Part shown: positions 1-10,020 of the stretch, piece after piece
Layout of the letters: every line of letters starts with the position of its first letter
Numbering within the stretch: the first letter of the stretch is position 1
Source of the DNA: Armatimonadota bacterium
GTDB taxonomy: Bacteria > Armatimonadota > UBA5829 > DTLH01
Direction: 5' to 3'
Length of the DNA: 64,000 nucleotides
Assembly: GCA_039679675.1 (NCBI GenBank)
Contig: JBDKUN010000022.1
Coordinates: forward strand, 11,403 to 75,402
The notes under the pieces: model-generated
Database searches by the model: none
What the model saw: only the letters and a program-made list of their open reading frames with translations
What the model was told of the DNA's origin: nothing
Position numbers and translations under genes: made by a program

Positions 1-175
1 TACGGAATAAGAAATGCGGTATAAAAGGGAAGATGCGGAGATTTCCACCGCTCATCTCGTATAACTCATGGGCCGCAACTCTCTATTGAACGGCAATGTG
101 GACTGCGGTAGTGCGACTCATGAGTACTGTGCGTTTTACGCAGCCATCAAATGCTTTATTGTCAGAGGAGTGGAT

Positions 176-769
176 ATGAAAAGATTATTCGCCATAATGA
201 CAGTCCTAATAATCGTCGCAGCAATTCCGGTTATGGGACAGGCTCAAGATGAGGGATCCAAGCCGCCTCCTGAGATTCCTGCACCGGCTGGAGCCACCGT
301 TACGACGGAAATGAACGTCACAAGAGATCAGATAATGGATCTTCTCCCCATGTATCTCAACCAGTCCTACCCCGACCTGCAAATCGACCCAGAAAAGCTG
401 GATAAGGCACTTGGCACGGTCGAGCGTGTGCAGTTTGCCGAAATGAAGCTGAATGGGAAGTATACGGCCGCCGATACGCTCGCGCTTTTCGAGAAAAAAG
501 TCGACGGCAATCGTGTTATTTACAACTGCGGCAAAGATACACCTGAATCCGGGATGCTTATCCTGGCGCTGCCGCAGAACAGCGGCTATTTCGCCGTTGC
601 GATAAAAGCCGAGAAGAACAAAAGCAATAAGACCACCGGCGCGGAAATAAAAGCGATAAGGATATCCGGCTGTCCGGACATAGCTAAAGTTATAGAACTA
701 ATCGCACCGGCAATTCCGCAAGTAATAGGTAAAGGTTTCGGGGAATTCACTTGCGAATTGCTGAAATAG
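176..769 (+). CDS. Secreted hypothetical protein (possibly DUF4252-like), paralog of next gene
   Basis: GAGGAG RBS before ATG 176; signal peptide MKRLFAIMTVLIIVAAIPVMG; shares PEIPAPAGAT-x2-TE-x-N with next ORF. Confidence 0.75.
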   Translation: MKRLFAIMTVLIIVAAIPVMGQAQDEGSKPPPEIPAPAGATVTTEMNVTRDQIMDLLPMYLNQSYPDLQIDPEKLDKALGTVERVQFAEMKLNGKYTAADTLALFEKKVDGNRVIYNCGKDTPESGMLILALPQNSGYFAVAIKAEKNKSNKTTGAEIKAIRISGCPDIAKVIELIAPAIPQVIGKGFGEFTCELLK

Positions 770-801
770 ACCATCATTATTTCAGAGGAGAAAGACAAGA
801 A

Positions 802-1461
802 ATGAAAAAGACGGTATTGATCACGATTGCTTTCGCACTGCTTGCGGCGGCGTCATATGCCCAGCAGCCCGAAATCCCCGCTCCAGCTGGAGCAACACTG
901 ATTACTGAGATCAACCTGAGCGATTCGGACATACTGGGAATGATCAAACAGGCCCTCCCTGCATTTGCACAGGCCTTCACCAGCACACCTGGGGAAGTCA
1001 ACAATTTTGTAAAACAGCTCGACATCGACAGCTTCTCCGCTGCAATTGAGGGAATACATCAGGTGCGCATCCTTCAGTTCGATATTCCCAAAACCGCCAA
1101 CACTGCAAAAATGTTCGATTTCTACCAAGAAAAGTTCTCCGCTGATAACGGCTGGTCAAGGATCGTCTATGACATCTCGATGGCGCCGGCAAAAGCAGGG
1201 GCTGTTTATACTCATGGCGGGCAGGAATATCTCGCCGTCGGGGTTGACGCTAAAGCAAACAGGCTGTTTGTCGCAAGGACTGTCGGGTTTGTAGATGTGC
1301 CCAAACTTGCGGCATGGTTCGGAAATGCGGTCAAAGCATACTTCCAGATAGCAGATACTCAGCAGACAATAAAGTCCAAACCTGAGCAGAAACAACCGCC
1401 AAAAACTGTATCACCTGCAAAGAAAACTGCTCCGGCTCCAAAAGCTCCGGTCAAGAAGTAA
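802..1461 (+). CDS. Secreted hypothetical protein, paralog of previous gene, Lys/Pro-rich tail
   Basis: GAGGAG upstream of ATG 802; signal peptide ending ASYA; PEIPAPAGATLITEIN. Confidence 0.8.
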   Translation: MKKTVLITIAFALLAAASYAQQPEIPAPAGATLITEINLSDSDILGMIKQALPAFAQAFTSTPGEVNNFVKQLDIDSFSAAIEGIHQVRILQFDIPKTANTAKMFDFYQEKFSADNGWSRIVYDISMAPAKAGAVYTHGGQEYLAVGVDAKANRLFVARTVGFVDVPKLAAWFGNAVKAYFQIADTQQTIKSKPEQKQPPKTVSPAKKTAPAPKAPVKK

Positions 1462-1478
1462 GAAAAGACTCCGGAATA

Positions 1479-1568
1479 GGGTTAGTGGAGACTCGTGCTT
1501 CGGGACTGCGGTTCATCCCGAAGCACACTTTCCACCAATCTCTTTGGAGTGCGGAAGCATCAGGTTCC
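1479..1568. repeat. Composite REP-like palindrome (GCTTCGGGA..TCCCGAAGC plus CTTTGGAGTGCGG unit)
   Basis: Related segments at 5962-6008, 7982-8060, 12331-12377 and 36750-36797. Confidence 0.75.
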
Positions 1569-2105
1569 CTACAAAAGACTTTCAGCCACGAATCTATGGA
1601 CGACAGCCCGGAAACGGCCCCAGTCAAGCCAGCGGCCGGGAAGATTTTCGAGCCGGTCGGCGACATTCTTGAGTTCACTGGTCGAAACCTCGGTAAACCC
1701 GGTAATCTGCTCGCTGTCATCGTGGGGCACAGGTTTTTCGGGCATCTCTTTCGCCAGATAGATATTTGAAGTAAACTCAACCGGCTCTTCATTTCCGCAT
1801 TTCAACCTGTGTATAATCACGCCGAGGCTGCGGTCCAAGCGGCCTTCAGTTCCAAGCTCCTCAGTAAACTCTCGGTGGAATGCTTGAAGCGGGTCTTCTT
1901 CAGGCAGCAGCCTACCGGTAGGCAACCTGTATGTTTCTTTCGGGTAGAACGACTTCGTGTGAAGTAATATTCCCCCACCCGGTCGAGGCACAACAAGCAC
2001 GACTTCACCCGATGAGCCGGATTCCCTTATCTTTTGCCGGAATTCCTGAAGAAACTGCCGACTTACATCAAGCTCGACATACCGGCATGCAGGCATCCTG
2101 CTCAC
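1569..2105 (-). CDS. NUDIX hydrolase
   Basis: Nudix box GRLLPEEDPLQAFHREFTEELG. Confidence 0.85.
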   Translation of the reverse strand: MSRMPACRYVELDVSRQFLQEFRQKIRESGSSGEVVLVVPRPGGGILLHTKSFYPKETYRLPTGRLLPEEDPLQAFHREFTEELGTEGRLDRSLGVIIHRLKCGNEEPVEFTSNIYLAKEMPEKPVPHDDSEQITGFTEVSTSELKNVADRLENLPGRWLDWGRFRAVVHRFVAESLL

Positions 2106-2908
2106 AAAACTCCTCTTTCTTCCACATAATGAGAATATAATAGTTCGATGTAGTCTACATATTTGAACGGCGGAGAAGGCAACGGCATACCCAGCCGCGT
2201 CATTATCGGCTGCGCCATCTGGGCTGCCAGATGCTCTTGTATATCATCCTTCAGTGCAGCACGCCGTTCCACGAACCGCTTGATAGCTTCAATCTCACTT
2301 TTGTCCAAAAGCTGGGCATCGACCATGAACGCCGCTTCGCGGGTATCGGCTACAAAAGTTTTTGCGGGAGCTGCTGCCGGAACACTCGGAATACTCACGG
2401 TGCTTGGAGAACGCTCCTTGACAACGATCGTTCCTGCTGCGTAATCGCCGAGCCGCTTATACATCGGGCTGAAGAGGATGAAAAACAGGCTGATTACGTA
2501 TGATCCGAGGGCAAACTCAAATATACGGATGATGTTGCGGATGCTCGCGCTGGCAAAATCGACCGGCGCTCCTCCCTCCTTGATAACGCGAAGTCCCAGC
2601 CATTTTTTTCCCGGTGTCTGACCGTTTTGCGTCGTTTCAAAAAAGATAAAGTATCCGGTAAAGATCAAAAACGACACGATAATCGCCAGTGCAATCCAGA
2701 TATCTGCCAGAACTGGCAGTTGAGTCATGCCGCCTCCCGGCCCACTGGTTAAACTCAATATCAGAACCCAAATCAAGCCTAAAACAACGAAAAAACCGAT
2801 TTGTACAAGCAGGTCAGCCAGCTGCGCTGCCGCACGCGAACCGAGCCCGGCCAATTCATACTCTATCGTGACATTTTCCGGTGTGACTACAGTGATTTCT
2901 CTTGACAA
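2102..2908 (-). CDS. RDD family membrane protein
   Basis: TPENV..YELAGLGSR, GQTPGKKWLGLRV, KRLGDYAAGTIVV. Confidence 0.9.
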   Translation of the reverse strand: MSREITVVTPENVTIEYELAGLGSRAAAQLADLLVQIGFFVVLGLIWVLILSLTSGPGGGMTQLPVLADIWIALAIIVSFLIFTGYFIFFETTQNGQTPGKKWLGLRVIKEGGAPVDFASASIRNIIRIFEFALGSYVISLFFILFSPMYKRLGDYAAGTIVVKERSPSTVSIPSVPAAAPAKTFVADTREAAFMVDAQLLDKSEIEAIKRFVERRAALKDDIQEHLAAQMAQPIMTRLGMPLPSPPFKYVDYIELLYSHYVEERGVL

Positions 2909-2949
2909 TTTGATTGCACCTCTGGCTGCTTTAGCTGTATAATCCGTTT

Positions 2950-3915
2950 GTGGACGAGCGAGCGTTTATAGAAAGAAGGCGGCCTGAGTGGGAACACCTC
3001 GCGGAACTACTTCGCAGGACCTCCACTCGCGGCGGACTCCAATCTCTTTCCGGTTCCGATCTTTCGGATATCGGCAAGCTATACAGGCGCGTGACTTCCG
3101 ACCTGTCTTATGTTAAATCCAACTCTGTAAACGATGAGTTGATCATATATCTAAACGAACTTGCCGGCCGCGCTCACGGGGTTCTGTATATAGATCAGTC
3201 CACCGATGGTCTTCACTCAGTAATTCAATTTCTTCTTCGAGGGTTCCCAATCCTCTTTCGTGCAAAGAAAAGATTTATGGCAATAGCTGCGGCGTTGATG
3301 ATATTGTCGTGTATTTTTTCGGCGGCAATCGTCGCGCATGACTCAAGAACCGCTGGCTATTTTATTCCGACCAGTTTTCAGGACGCTGGCAGAAACAGCG
3401 TTCGCCCTGACAATGAGCTGCCCGCTTCATTCTCAAGCTTTCTTATGACCCATAATATCCAGGTCAGCCTTTTCGCATTTGCAGGAGGAATCTCGTTTGG
3501 GATCTTTACAGCCTTCGCATTGATCCAAAACGGCCTGATGCTCGGTGCATTTCTCATTAAACCCTACCCGTTCCTGAAGGACCCTCTGGACATAATAGCC
3601 TTTCTGTTTCCGCACGGTTTCATCGAGCTTACAGCGATAGCAATTGCGGGAGGAGCCGGTCTGATGCTGGGCTGGTCGCTGATCGCACCAGGCAACCTGA
3701 CGCGCTGGGACTCACTAAGAAAAGCCTCCAGCGAAGCCATACCGCTTATGGGCGGTGTGGTAGCAATGCTCGTAGTTGCAGGCTGCATAGAAAGCTTCGT
3801 ATCCAGGACATCCGTTCCGCGCGGCCTCCAGCTTACCGTAGCAGCGGTATCTGCCGTTTTGCTGGTTGTATACTTCGGATTTGCAGGGCGCAGGGAGACT
3901 AAGGCTTCCAGGTAA
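2950..3915 (+). CDS. SpoIIM/DUF95 family membrane protein
   Basis: LYRRVTSDLS, YLNEL, THNIQV, PHGFIEL, AGCIESFVS; usual partner of RDD genes. Confidence 0.9.
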   Translation: MDERAFIERRRPEWEHLAELLRRTSTRGGLQSLSGSDLSDIGKLYRRVTSDLSYVKSNSVNDELIIYLNELAGRAHGVLYIDQSTDGLHSVIQFLLRGFPILFRAKKRFMAIAAALMILSCIFSAAIVAHDSRTAGYFIPTSFQDAGRNSVRPDNELPASFSSFLMTHNIQVSLFAFAGGISFGIFTAFALIQNGLMLGAFLIKPYPFLKDPLDIIAFLFPHGFIELTAIAIAGGAGLMLGWSLIAPGNLTRWDSLRKASSEAIPLMGGVVAMLVVAGCIESFVSRTSVPRGLQLTVAAVSAVLLVVYFGFAGRRETKASR

Positions 3916-4465
3916 GGTAAATCATGCATTCTTCATAATGGCAGTCCGGATGGACCATCCAGCCCGATATAGTGAAACCCTGAGACAGGTAGAACTTCAC
4001 GGCCGGATAATAATCGAACCCGGTCCAAAGGCTGACCAGCGATTTCCCTGAGTTCACACAATAGCACTTCACAGTTTTGAGCAACTCCCGGCCGATACCT
4101 TTTCCCCGCGCTTCCCTGTCCACAGCTATCGTTGCAAGCATATACTCGCCCGGCTTCGCCATGCAGAAAGGGATATCTCTGACAAGCGGCATACAACAAG
4201 CAGCTCCGACTATCCGTCCACCGTCCTCAGCGGCAAGAAACAGGTCGTAGCGGTCATACTCGTCATGGTATCTCATTGCAGCATTGGATGAGGTGCTGCC
4301 AAAAATCGGAGGCATGACTTCTTTCGGTGGATCGGCATCAACAGTCACAAGGTGAGGTTCGAAAGGATTACTGTATTCGATCTTGTAGGTCTTGCTGGTA
4401 ACAAATGACGGATCGATCTCAGCCAAACGATGGCATTCGTCAGCGCCCAAGTTGCGAATAATCAT
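3899..4465 (-). CDS. GNAT family acetyltransferase
   Basis: IAVDREARGKGIGRELL motif A; AVKFYLSQGF; ATGA overlap with nuoN stop. Confidence 0.85.
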   Translation of the reverse strand: MIIRNLGADECHRLAEIDPSFVTSKTYKIEYSNPFEPHLVTVDADPPKEVMPPIFGSTSSNAAMRYHDEYDRYDLFLAAEDGGRIVGAACCMPLVRDIPFCMAKPGEYMLATIAVDREARGKGIGRELLKTVKCYCVNSGKSLVSLWTGFDYYPAVKFYLSQGFTISGWMVHPDCHYEECMIYLTWKP

Positions 4466-5913
4466 AGCATTAGTCTCCAGACGGCATCGGTAAAAGCCTG
4501 TGTGCTGTTCGGAAAAAGAAAAAGCCAGATTGTTGCTATTACTGCAATGCCGATGACTATCGCAACCGGCACCGGTACGTTGACTGCGGGCTCGCTTTCA
4601 TGTTTCTCCATAAACATTATGACCGTTATCCGCAGGTAAAAATAGGCTGATATTATAGTCGTTATTATGGCAACTATCAAGAGCCCAGTTAATTTTGCAT
4701 TAACAGCAGCCATAAAAATATATATTTTTGCCGTAAAGCCGGATGTTGGCGGCAGCCCTGCAAGTGCGAACATAAACACAGCCATAGAGCCTGCAAGGAG
4801 CGGATTTCGCCAGAAAAGACCGCTGTAATTATGAATTCCTGTAGCTTCTTCGCCTTTTTTCGTGACAGCCGTTACCACCGCCCACGCGCCGAGGTTCATA
4901 AATGCATAAGCGATCAGATAGAACGGGATGCTTTGAATGCCAAATTGATTGGCCGATGCTACCGCGACCAGTATATAGCCTGCATGAGCGATACTTGAGT
5001 AAGCAAGCATCCTTTTTATGTTGTCCTGCGCGATTGCAACGACATTTCCTATGATCATCGTAAGCGCAGCTACCGCCCAGATGGCAGCAAGCCAGACACC
5101 GCTCAAATCGCTGAAAGTGAAGACGAGAATACGCGTAAGCGCGGCAAACGCCGCCGCTTTTGTGGCAACGGACATATATGCCGTGACCGGTGACGGTGCA
5201 CCTTCGTAAACGTCCGGTGTCCACATCTGAAATGGTACCGCTGCTACCTTGAATGCGAGCCCTACCAGTATCAAACCTGCCCCTGCGAGGAGAATCGGGT
5301 TGCCTGGCATTCCCCGTGAGGCAAGAACAGATGCAACACCCCGCATATCGGTAGTGCCGGTCGCTCCATAGATGAGCGCGACACCGTATATTAAGATCGC
5401 TGCCGAGAATGAGCCCAGCAGAAAGTATTTCATCCCCGCTTCCTGCGACCTCTGCCGCCCGGTTGCAAAGCCTGCCATAATATAGAGCGCAATCGACAGT
5501 ATCTCCAGGCTGAGAAAAACCATAATCAGGTTGGCACTCGATGCCAGAAAGAGCATTCCGACGGTGGAAAGAAGCATAAGCGAGTAGTACTCGCCCTGTT
5601 GGAACTCCTCGCGCCTCGCATAATCGACAGAGAGCAGTATGGCAAGCGCAGCGGCAGTCAGAATCACCATTTTGACAAGCTCAGAGAAGTTGTCTGCAAT
5701 GAGCATCCCCCCGAACCCAGAAAGATGCCGTCCCCACATAAAGCCGACTGCCACAAGCCCGGCGATGCACCCGATGAGCGCAACCCACGGAGAAGCCTTA
5801 TCCGACGCGCGCTTGGCAAAGGCGTCCAGCATCAAAATGATCGCAGCTGTGACGATGAGGATAATCTCAGGGATTACAACAACCCAGTCCGCCGCGCTGA
5901 AAGGAATCCTCAT
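4462..5913 (-). CDS. nuoN: NADH-quinone oxidoreductase subunit N
   Basis: EAGMKYFLLG, FKVAAVPFQMWTPDVYEGAP, QDNIKRMLAYSSIAHAGY. Confidence 0.96.
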   Translation of the reverse strand: MRIPFSAADWVVVIPEIILIVTAAIILMLDAFAKRASDKASPWVALIGCIAGLVAVGFMWGRHLSGFGGMLIADNFSELVKMVILTAAALAILLSVDYARREEFQQGEYYSLMLLSTVGMLFLASSANLIMVFLSLEILSIALYIMAGFATGRQRSQEAGMKYFLLGSFSAAILIYGVALIYGATGTTDMRGVASVLASRGMPGNPILLAGAGLILVGLAFKVAAVPFQMWTPDVYEGAPSPVTAYMSVATKAAAFAALTRILVFTFSDLSGVWLAAIWAVAALTMIIGNVVAIAQDNIKRMLAYSSIAHAGYILVAVASANQFGIQSIPFYLIAYAFMNLGAWAVVTAVTKKGEEATGIHNYSGLFWRNPLLAGSMAVFMFALAGLPPTSGFTAKIYIFMAAVNAKLTGLLIVAIITTIISAYFYLRITVIMFMEKHESEPAVNVPVPVAIVIGIAVIATIWLFLFPNSTQAFTDAVWRLML

Positions 5914-7889
5914 CGTTCTACACCCTTTTCTTCGGAGGTCACGGGGTGTAGGTATGCTTCTGATTGGTGGAGGACCGTGCTTCGGGACGGACTGCGGTCC
6001 CGAAGCATATTAAGTTTCTCGACACCTGCGGTGTCGGCTTCGGCAGCAAGCAGTCCGAAGCAACTAGCGATCACAACGTCATTCCGAGCTTGACTCGGAA
6101 TCAATTTTGGAATGGGCTCTGAATCAAGTTCAGAGTGACGTGGGGGAAATGGACCCTGAATCAAGTTCAGGGTGACGTGGTTGTCGTTTTTTGCATCGGA
6201 CTGCTTGCTGCCGATGCGGGCCGATAGGCCCAATACGGAGGATACTTCGGCGCGCGTAGTTTGCGCCGAAGCCAGCTTTTGGGATTGGTGGAAACTCGTG
6301 CTTCTCCCCGTGATCCGGTAGGTCCACGGGTTAGCACGTAGACTGGCCACTACTTCTTTCACTCCAAGTTTCTGTTCCTTGTTCCCTCTCACCTGTTCCC
6401 TGTTTCTCACGGCTTCCATCACTCTTCCTGCTGATGCTTCCGTTCTCGAAAGAACTGTACCTGGAAAAGCACCCAACAGAATGATGAAGAGTATTACTGG
6501 CGTGAGGACGAATATTTCCCGAACCGTAAGATCGCGCATACTGCGTATTGCGGGCTTTTCGGTTGGCCCCTGCATCACATTGCCGTAGAGCCACAGTATG
6601 TAAATCGTGGAGAGCACGACTCCACTTGCCGTAAGCGCGGCATATATCCAGTTTCTGGCTAAAAACGTGCCGACTACCACTAGAAACTCGCCAGGGAAGT
6701 TCGATAGGCCCGGAAGCCCAAGTGATGCGAGAGCTGCAAGCATGAAGAATCCGCCGAGTACGGGCATCACCTTCCAAACGCCGCCGAAATCGGCCATCAA
6801 CCGGCTGTGCCGTCGGTCATAGAGGATTCCGACAACAAGAAACATCGCGCCTGTAGCAAGCCCGTGGGCAATCATCAGGAGGAGCGCGCCCTGAATCCCC
6901 TGTATATTGAATGCGAATATCCCCATTACGACGAACCCAAGGTGGCTTACGCTAGAATATGCCACAAGCCGCTTTACATCCGGCTGAGCGAAGGCTACAA
7001 GCGCTCCGTAGATGATCCCGATTATCCCGAGCACGATAAGCAGCGGTGCAAAGTATACCGCTGCTAACGGGAAAAGCGGCAGGCAGAACCTGAGGAACCC
7101 GTAAGCCCCCATTTTGAGAAGAATTCCCGCCAGAATGACGCTTCCGGCGGTCGGAGCCTCTGTGTGGGCGTCAGGAAGCCACGTGTGAAGCGGAAAAATC
7201 GGTATTTTGATCGCAAATGCGAGGCCGAATGCCCCGAACAGCCAGAATTGGATATTTCTGGCTATCGGCCCGGCAGATGTCAGCTCTAAAAGATCGAAAG
7301 TTACACCGGTAGGGTTTTGGAACCCCAGATATATGATCGCAACGAGCATTAAGAGGCTTCCGACCAGGGTGTAGATGAAGAACTTGATCGAAGCGTAAAT
7401 CCGGTTTTGATACCCCCAGACCCCGATTATAAAATACATCAGAATCAGCATTGCGTCCCAAAAAACGTAAAAAAGTATCAAGTCGAGCGAGACGAACACG
7501 CCGATCATCGCTCCAAGGAGAATCAAAAGTGAAAAATAGAACTCCCTTGCGTGATCGGTGATGCTCCTCCATGACGCAAGCATCGCAACAGGCACCAAGA
7601 AAGTAGTAAGGAGCACCAGAAACAGGCTGATTCCATCTATTCCAACGTGGTAGTTGATGGCAAATCGAGCCGTTTTGACCCACGGGACAACCTGCTGGAA
7701 CTGCATCCCGGTGGTTTTGAGGTCGAACCAGAAAAACAGCGGGACCGCTATAGCAAACGTTACCACGGCTGCCGCAAGCGAGAACCAGCGGATGAGCGCA
7801 TCGAACCGTCTCGGTATGAGAAGCACCATTATGCTCGCCGCTACCGGCAGAAAGATCAGTATAGATAGTATGTTGTCTCTTATAAACAT
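5910..7889 (-). CDS. nuoM: NADH-quinone oxidoreductase subunit M with repeat-derived C-terminal extension
   Basis: GIDGISL, PLHTWLPDAHTEAPT, KRLVAYSSVSHLG; homology ends near aa 495, ORF continues to aa 659. Confidence 0.95.
   Translation of the reverse strand: MFIRDNILSILIFLPVAASIMVLLIPRRFDALIRWFSLAAAVVTFAIAVPLFFWFDLKTTGMQFQQVVPWVKTARFAINYHVGIDGISLFLVLLTTFLVPVAMLASWRSITDHAREFYFSLLILLGAMIGVFVSLDLILFYVFWDAMLILMYFIIGVWGYQNRIYASIKFFIYTLVGSLLMLVAIIYLGFQNPTGVTFDLLELTSAGPIARNIQFWLFGAFGLAFAIKIPIFPLHTWLPDAHTEAPTAGSVILAGILLKMGAYGFLRFCLPLFPLAAVYFAPLLIVLGIIGIIYGALVAFAQPDVKRLVAYSSVSHLGFVVMGIFAFNIQGIQGALLLMIAHGLATGAMFLVVGILYDRRHSRLMADFGGVWKVMPVLGGFFMLAALASLGLPGLSNFPGEFLVVVGTFLARNWIYAALTASGVVLSTIYILWLYGNVMQGPTEKPAIRSMRDLTVREIFVLTPVILFIILLGAFPGTVLSRTEASAGRVMEAVRNREQVRGNKEQKLGVKEVVASLRANPWTYRITGRSTSFHQSQKLASAQTTRAEVSSVLGLSARIGSKQSDAKNDNHVTLNLIQGPFPPRHSELDSEPIPKLIPSQARNDVVIASCFGLLAAEADTAGVEKLNMLRDRSPSRSTVLHQSEAYLHPVTSEEKGVER
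5962..6406. repeat. Mosaic of palindromic repeat families inside the nuoM 3' end
   Basis: Units at 6018-6063, 6077-6102, 6115-6140, 6151-6177, 6193-6217, 6245-6271, 6298-6332 and 6334-6353 each match intergenic copies elsewhere in the window. Confidence 0.9.
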
Positions 7890-7911
7890 AGTTATTTAGA
7901 AAAGCAGTCTC

Positions 7912-8060
7912 TGATGGACCGGGGGATCATGCCCCGGTCCACATTCTCCAGGGCATCCATGCCCATTACTACCGTTTCAAAATGCTTCGGGATTCTTTTC
8001 TTCCCGAAGCACGAATTTCCACAAACCTCTTTGGAGTGCGGCGGCTCGACGCCGCTTTTC
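7912..8060. repeat. REP-like cluster between nuoL and nuoM
   Basis: GACCGGGGGGATCATGCCCCGGTC, GGGCATCCATGCCC, GCTTCGGGA..TCCCGAAGC, GGAGTGCGGCGGCTCGACGCCGCTTT. Confidence 0.8.
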
Positions 8061-8102
8061 TATCGACATCCGTAAATCTTCCGACCTATACCCCATAGCC
8101 TT

Positions 8103-10019
8103 TCACCTTCTAATCACCAGATACCCGACCAGAAGCACTGCCCCTATGAATATTGCAAGGGCATAGTTGCGGAGAAAACCGGTCTGCACACGGCGGATAA
8201 CCTCCGACACCCAGCCGACCAGATAAGCCACACTGTTCACTATAAAATCGATTATGCCTACATCTACCGCACGCCACAAAAATGCTGCAAGCGCCTTTCC
8301 GGTCCTGACGAAGACAGTGTTATACACTTCATCGACCCAGTATTTATTGGAAAGCGTGTTATACACAACCGGCGCACGCTCAGCGACCTGAGCAGCCAAC
8401 CACAGCTTTCGGACATAGAAATACCAGGCGATAGTAATCCCGATTAGGCTTACTACAAGCGCAATTCCGGCAAGCACTAACCCTGATGATGAAGCTGCCG
8501 CACTTACAGGCCCATGAGCCAGCGCTGGTCCAAGGAATGTGTCGATAGCATTTGTCCATGACAGACCCGGCGCGATGAACTTCGGAATACCGGCAACTCC
8601 GGCAACGAGCGCACCTATCGCAAACACGATCATTGCGATTGTCATGGACGGCGGCGATTCATGCATATTCGTAAACCGATCTTCATCCATCCTCGGGCTG
8701 CCGTGAAACGCTTTAAAAAACAGCCGAAAAACATAAAATGCCGTCATAAGCGATGTCGCAAGCGCCAGTCCGTAGAGAGCGCCGTTGCCGAGCGGAGATA
8801 TGAGCGCCGCAGCAAGAATCGCATCCTTGCTAAAAAAACCTGAAAACGGAACAACTCCCGATATGGCAAGCGCAGCGACGAGAAAAGTCCAATAGGTAAT
8901 GGGCATTTTCGCTTTCAGTCCGCCCATCTTGCGTAAATCTGTCTCACCCGAAAGCGCGTGCATAACGCTTCCTGCCCCCAGGAACAAAAGTGCCTTGAAG
9001 AATGCGTGAGTCATCAGGTGGAAAAGCCCCGTTCCGAATGCGCCGACACCCACGCCGAGGAACATGTATCCGATCTGGCTGATGGTAGAGTAAGCAAGCA
9101 CCCGCTTTATATCATTCAACACAAGTGCGATGGTTGCCGCAAAGAAAGCCGTGGACACGCCCACTATGGCAACTACGAAAAGCACAGAAGGAGCCTGGAT
9201 GTAGAGCGGGCTTGCTCTAGCGATCAGATAGACCCCCGCAGTGACCATCGTAGCGGCATGGATTAGTGCACTGACCGGAGTTGGACCTTCCATCGCGTCC
9301 GGCAGCCACACGTAGAGCGGCAACTGGGCGGATTTTCCTACAGCGCCGATTAAAAGAAGTGCCGCAATCGCTGCAACAGCACCTTTTGCAGCAGTCGGGA
9401 CAGCGGAAAAGACTCCGCCGTATGAGAGCGTCCCGAATGTGATAAATACCAGGGCAACACCCAGCATGAAGCCGAGGTCCCCCACCCTCGTAGTGATGAA
9501 TGCCTTTTTCCCGGCTGCAACCGCTTCCGGCTTTCTATACCAGAAGCTTATGAGGAGATAAGAGCAAATCCCGACCAATTCCCAACCGGCAAAAAGGAAG
9601 AGAAAGTTATCTGCCATCACCAGAATAAGCATCGAGAAGACGAATAGGTTCATATATGTGAAGTAGCGCGAATAACCTTCGTCGTCACCCATATAACCCG
9701 TCGAATAGATGTGGATGAAGAAGCCGATACCGGTCACTATGAGCATCATAAAGACCGAAAGCGGGTCGATGAGTATTGCCGCATCGGCTTTGAGGCTCCC
9801 GGATGCCACCCATGTATAAAGCGTGCTCGTGACATGGCGCGCGCCTACCGGCATACGGATAAGCTGCAGAAAGACTGCGACAGCTACCGCGAACGCTCCG
9901 CCGACGAGTGCGCATGCGATGGCTCCCACAAGCTTTCTTGGCAGGACCCTTCCGAATATCCCGTTTATTATGGTGCCGATAAGCGGCAACCCCGGTGCGA
10001 GCCACGCGTAATCAAACAT
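8103..10019 (-). CDS. nuoL: NADH-quinone oxidoreductase subunit L
   Basis: GKSAQLPLYVWLPDAMEGPTPVSALIHAATMVTAGVY, HAFFKALLFLGAGSV. Confidence 0.97.
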   Translation of the reverse strand: MFDYAWLAPGLPLIGTIINGIFGRVLPRKLVGAIACALVGGAFAVAVAVFLQLIRMPVGARHVTSTLYTWVASGSLKADAAILIDPLSVFMMLIVTGIGFFIHIYSTGYMGDDEGYSRYFTYMNLFVFSMLILVMADNFLFLFAGWELVGICSYLLISFWYRKPEAVAAGKKAFITTRVGDLGFMLGVALVFITFGTLSYGGVFSAVPTAAKGAVAAIAALLLIGAVGKSAQLPLYVWLPDAMEGPTPVSALIHAATMVTAGVYLIARASPLYIQAPSVLFVVAIVGVSTAFFAATIALVLNDIKRVLAYSTISQIGYMFLGVGVGAFGTGLFHLMTHAFFKALLFLGAGSVMHALSGETDLRKMGGLKAKMPITYWTFLVAALAISGVVPFSGFFSKDAILAAALISPLGNGALYGLALATSLMTAFYVFRLFFKAFHGSPRMDEDRFTNMHESPPSMTIAMIVFAIGALVAGVAGIPKFIAPGLSWTNAIDTFLGPALAHGPVSAAASSSGLVLAGIALVVSLIGITIAWYFYVRKLWLAAQVAERAPVVYNTLSNKYWVDEVYNTVFVRTGKALAAFLWRAVDVGIIDFIVNSVAYLVGWVSEVIRRVQTGFLRNYALAIFIGAVLLVGYLVIRR

Positions 10020-10020
10020 T

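Noticed and set aside
64..125. Imperfect inverted repeat ACTCATG..CATGAGT and the ORF extension from 68
   Set aside because: Single weak copy at the window edge; RBS and signal peptide favour the start at 176
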